Under the pieces are notes generated by a model, which searched no databases, was not told the DNA's origin, and saw only the letters and a list, made by a program, of their open reading frames with translations. Source: a virus (lineage: Duplodnaviria > Caudoviricetes). Taken from it: a stretch of DNA of 55,430 nt. A program made the position numbers and the translations under genes. The DNA lies in the IMG/VR virus record IMGVR_UViG_3300038520_000575, positions 1-55,430 of that record. One strand, given 5' to 3'. Position 1 is the stretch's first letter, and the number at the start of each line of letters is the position of its first letter. Positions 54,283-55,430 of this stretch are shown here, piece by piece.

Positions 54283-54591
54283 TTATTCTCCTTTCCTTGG
54301 GTCGAAAGTGAGTGTAATTTTACCGTACATGTCTGCGTTGTATTTATAGATAAACGGAGACTTATGTATCCACTTGAACAACTTATCTATCTTGCTAGTA
54401 TCGTAATATGTTCTAGGTGTAGGACTATAACCAGACTGTTCTCCATCTATGCTATGCCACCTATCCTTTGCTACAAGAATAGCTATCTCATCCTGTATCT
54501 CCTCAGACACTCTAGGGAATGCGTCCCCTACTTCTTCTAATGCGTCCTCGTACAAACGCTCTTTCAACTCATCGTTTATTAGATGACTCAT
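54283..54591 (-). CDS. Hypothetical protein
   Basis: ATGA-coupled ORF. Confidence 0.65.
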   Translation of the reverse strand: MSHLINDELKERLYEDALEEVGDAFPRVSEEIQDEIAILVAKDRWHSIDGEQSGYSPTPRTYYDTSKIDKLFKWIHKSPFIYKYNADMYGKITLTFDPRKGE

Positions 54592-54869
54592 GGTAGCACT
54601 CTCCTGTTATTGAACTCCTCATCATTGGTAAGAGTATCGTCAGTAACCCTATCCCAACACTCTACAACATCACTAGTCTCTATCCAGACTTTAGCACCAC
54701 ATGATAGTGGCTTATCTGGGCTATAGACTACTTCAGTCAAACCATCTACTACTACTCTATCGCAGTAGATATTCTGCTTACCCGCCTTGACTGTAATAAC
54801 AGGGTCGCGTTCATCATTCTTCTTGTTCGAGCGAATGACGTGTTGATTAACATGTATTCTTTTAATCAT
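54588..54869 (-). CDS. Conserved phage hypothetical protein
   Basis: IHVNQHVIRSN...YSPDKPLSCGAKVWIET; AAGGAG SD. Confidence 0.75.
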   Translation of the reverse strand: MIKRIHVNQHVIRSNKKNDERDPVITVKAGKQNIYCDRVVVDGLTEVVYSPDKPLSCGAKVWIETSDVVECWDRVTDDTLTNDEEFNNRRVLP

Positions 54870-54892
54870 GTCGTTCTCCTTTCATACAATAA

Positions 54893-54921
54893 CATATACA
54901 GATAACAAGTATGCCTGTCAA
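54893..54921 (-). promoter_or_regulatory. sigma70-like promoter with ACAG-N13-CTGT operator
   Basis: Minus strand TTGACA-N17-TATATG immediately after a terminator. Confidence 0.6.
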
Positions 54922-54923
54922 AC

Positions 54924-54955
54924 AAAAAAGGGGCTATCCGAAGATAACCCCCTTT
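54924..54955 (-). terminator. Rho-independent terminator
   Basis: GGGGTTATC-TTCG-GATAGCCCC-TTTTTT, with a C(UUCG)G tetraloop. Confidence 0.85.
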
Positions 54956-54975
54956 AAGGAAAGGAAACAACCATA

Positions 54976-55233
54976 TCAAGATACGCGAGAAACCTCATAT
55001 GGTATTCCTAACAATACTACCTTATCATGGTTGGTGTCAAGCCAGTTTTTTGCCTTGCGTCTAGAATTTGTCACATGGATTGTAATCCACGCTCGAAGGT
55101 CGACTGCCGTTCCGTCCTTGACACGTTCCTTGTTTGTCAGTCCCGCCCTGACTGTTGATATCTTTGCCACGACTTCCCATTGCTTGTCGTAGGCTCTTTG
55201 TCTCACTTCGGTCTTAGTTTCACGTTTTGTCAT
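54976..55233 (-). CDS. Hypothetical protein
   Basis: ATGA-coupled to the RHH gene, GAGG SD. Confidence 0.65.
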   Translation of the reverse strand: MTKRETKTEVRQRAYDKQWEVVAKISTVRAGLTNKERVKDGTAVDLRAWITIHVTNSRRKAKNWLDTNHDKVVLLGIPYEVSRVS

Positions 55234-55418
55234 TTGTCTTCCTCATACACATCTATGTAAGCGTCGATTGACTCCCGTATAAGGTCAGCAACACTTACCT
55301 GTTCTATGCTAGTCTTCTGAAATTCAGCAGCCATGTGGGATAGTTTGTCCCACTGGTCTTGTGTCATGAGTAGGTTGTATGACTTGGTGTCTTCTTCTAT
55401 TTTGTTTGGTCTTGGCAT
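55230..55418 (-). CDS. Ribbon-helix-helix (Arc/CopG-like) regulator
   Basis: KSYNLLM strand, DQWDKL helix and SVADLIRESI helix; divergent from the primase gene. Confidence 0.7.
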   Translation of the reverse strand: MPRPNKIEEDTKSYNLLMTQDQWDKLSHMAAEFQKTSIEQVSVADLIRESIDAYIDVYEEDK

Positions 55419-55430
55419 GATTGTCCTCGT
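55354..55430. repeat. 77-nt terminal direct repeat, copy 2
   Basis: Identical to 2-78. Confidence 0.9.

Noticed and set aside
1-55430. Phage RNA polymerase, introns/inteins, alternative genetic code
   Set aside because: No RNAP motifs were seen; terL, RNR, helicase and capsid are uninterrupted; standard-code ORFs tile the genome densely.

Overview
The window looks like an essentially complete ~55.35 kb dsDNA podovirus genome. Positions 2-78 are repeated exactly at 55354-55430, which is most likely a 77-nt assembler overlap marking circularity. Gene content and order fit a marine HMO-2011-type phage (probable alphaproteobacterial host, inferred): a family A DNA polymerase with a DnaJ-like CxxCxGxG zinc-finger insert, separate primase and helicase genes, T7 endonuclease I, a class II RNR and no RNA polymerase. 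There are three modules: replication (+, 184-10906), morphogenesis/lysis/packaging (-, 10903-49659) and an early/accessory cluster (-, 50351-55418: RHH regulator, C5 methyltransferase, DUF932-like, HhH-like and HTH proteins). The main highlights are: (1) a tyrosine recombinase between terL and portal whose long C-terminal tail carries a VADAT...FL motif shared with a 761-aa head-module protein that has an ADP-ribosyltransferase-like domain, suggesting a possible virion-cargo addressing system; (2) hydrophobic-x-x-GG motifs in several late proteins; (3) a DNA polymerase split into exonuclease and polymerase genes; (4) several structured non-coding elements (twin CUAC/CC hairpins before the scaffold gene, a gene-less promoter with three hairpins, a terS leader with two alternative pairings, an anti-Shine-Dalgarno-rich 3' end); (5) a type-1 copper motif inserted in a tail protein; (6) apparent GATC avoidance. 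All family assignments come from motif reading, not database searches.
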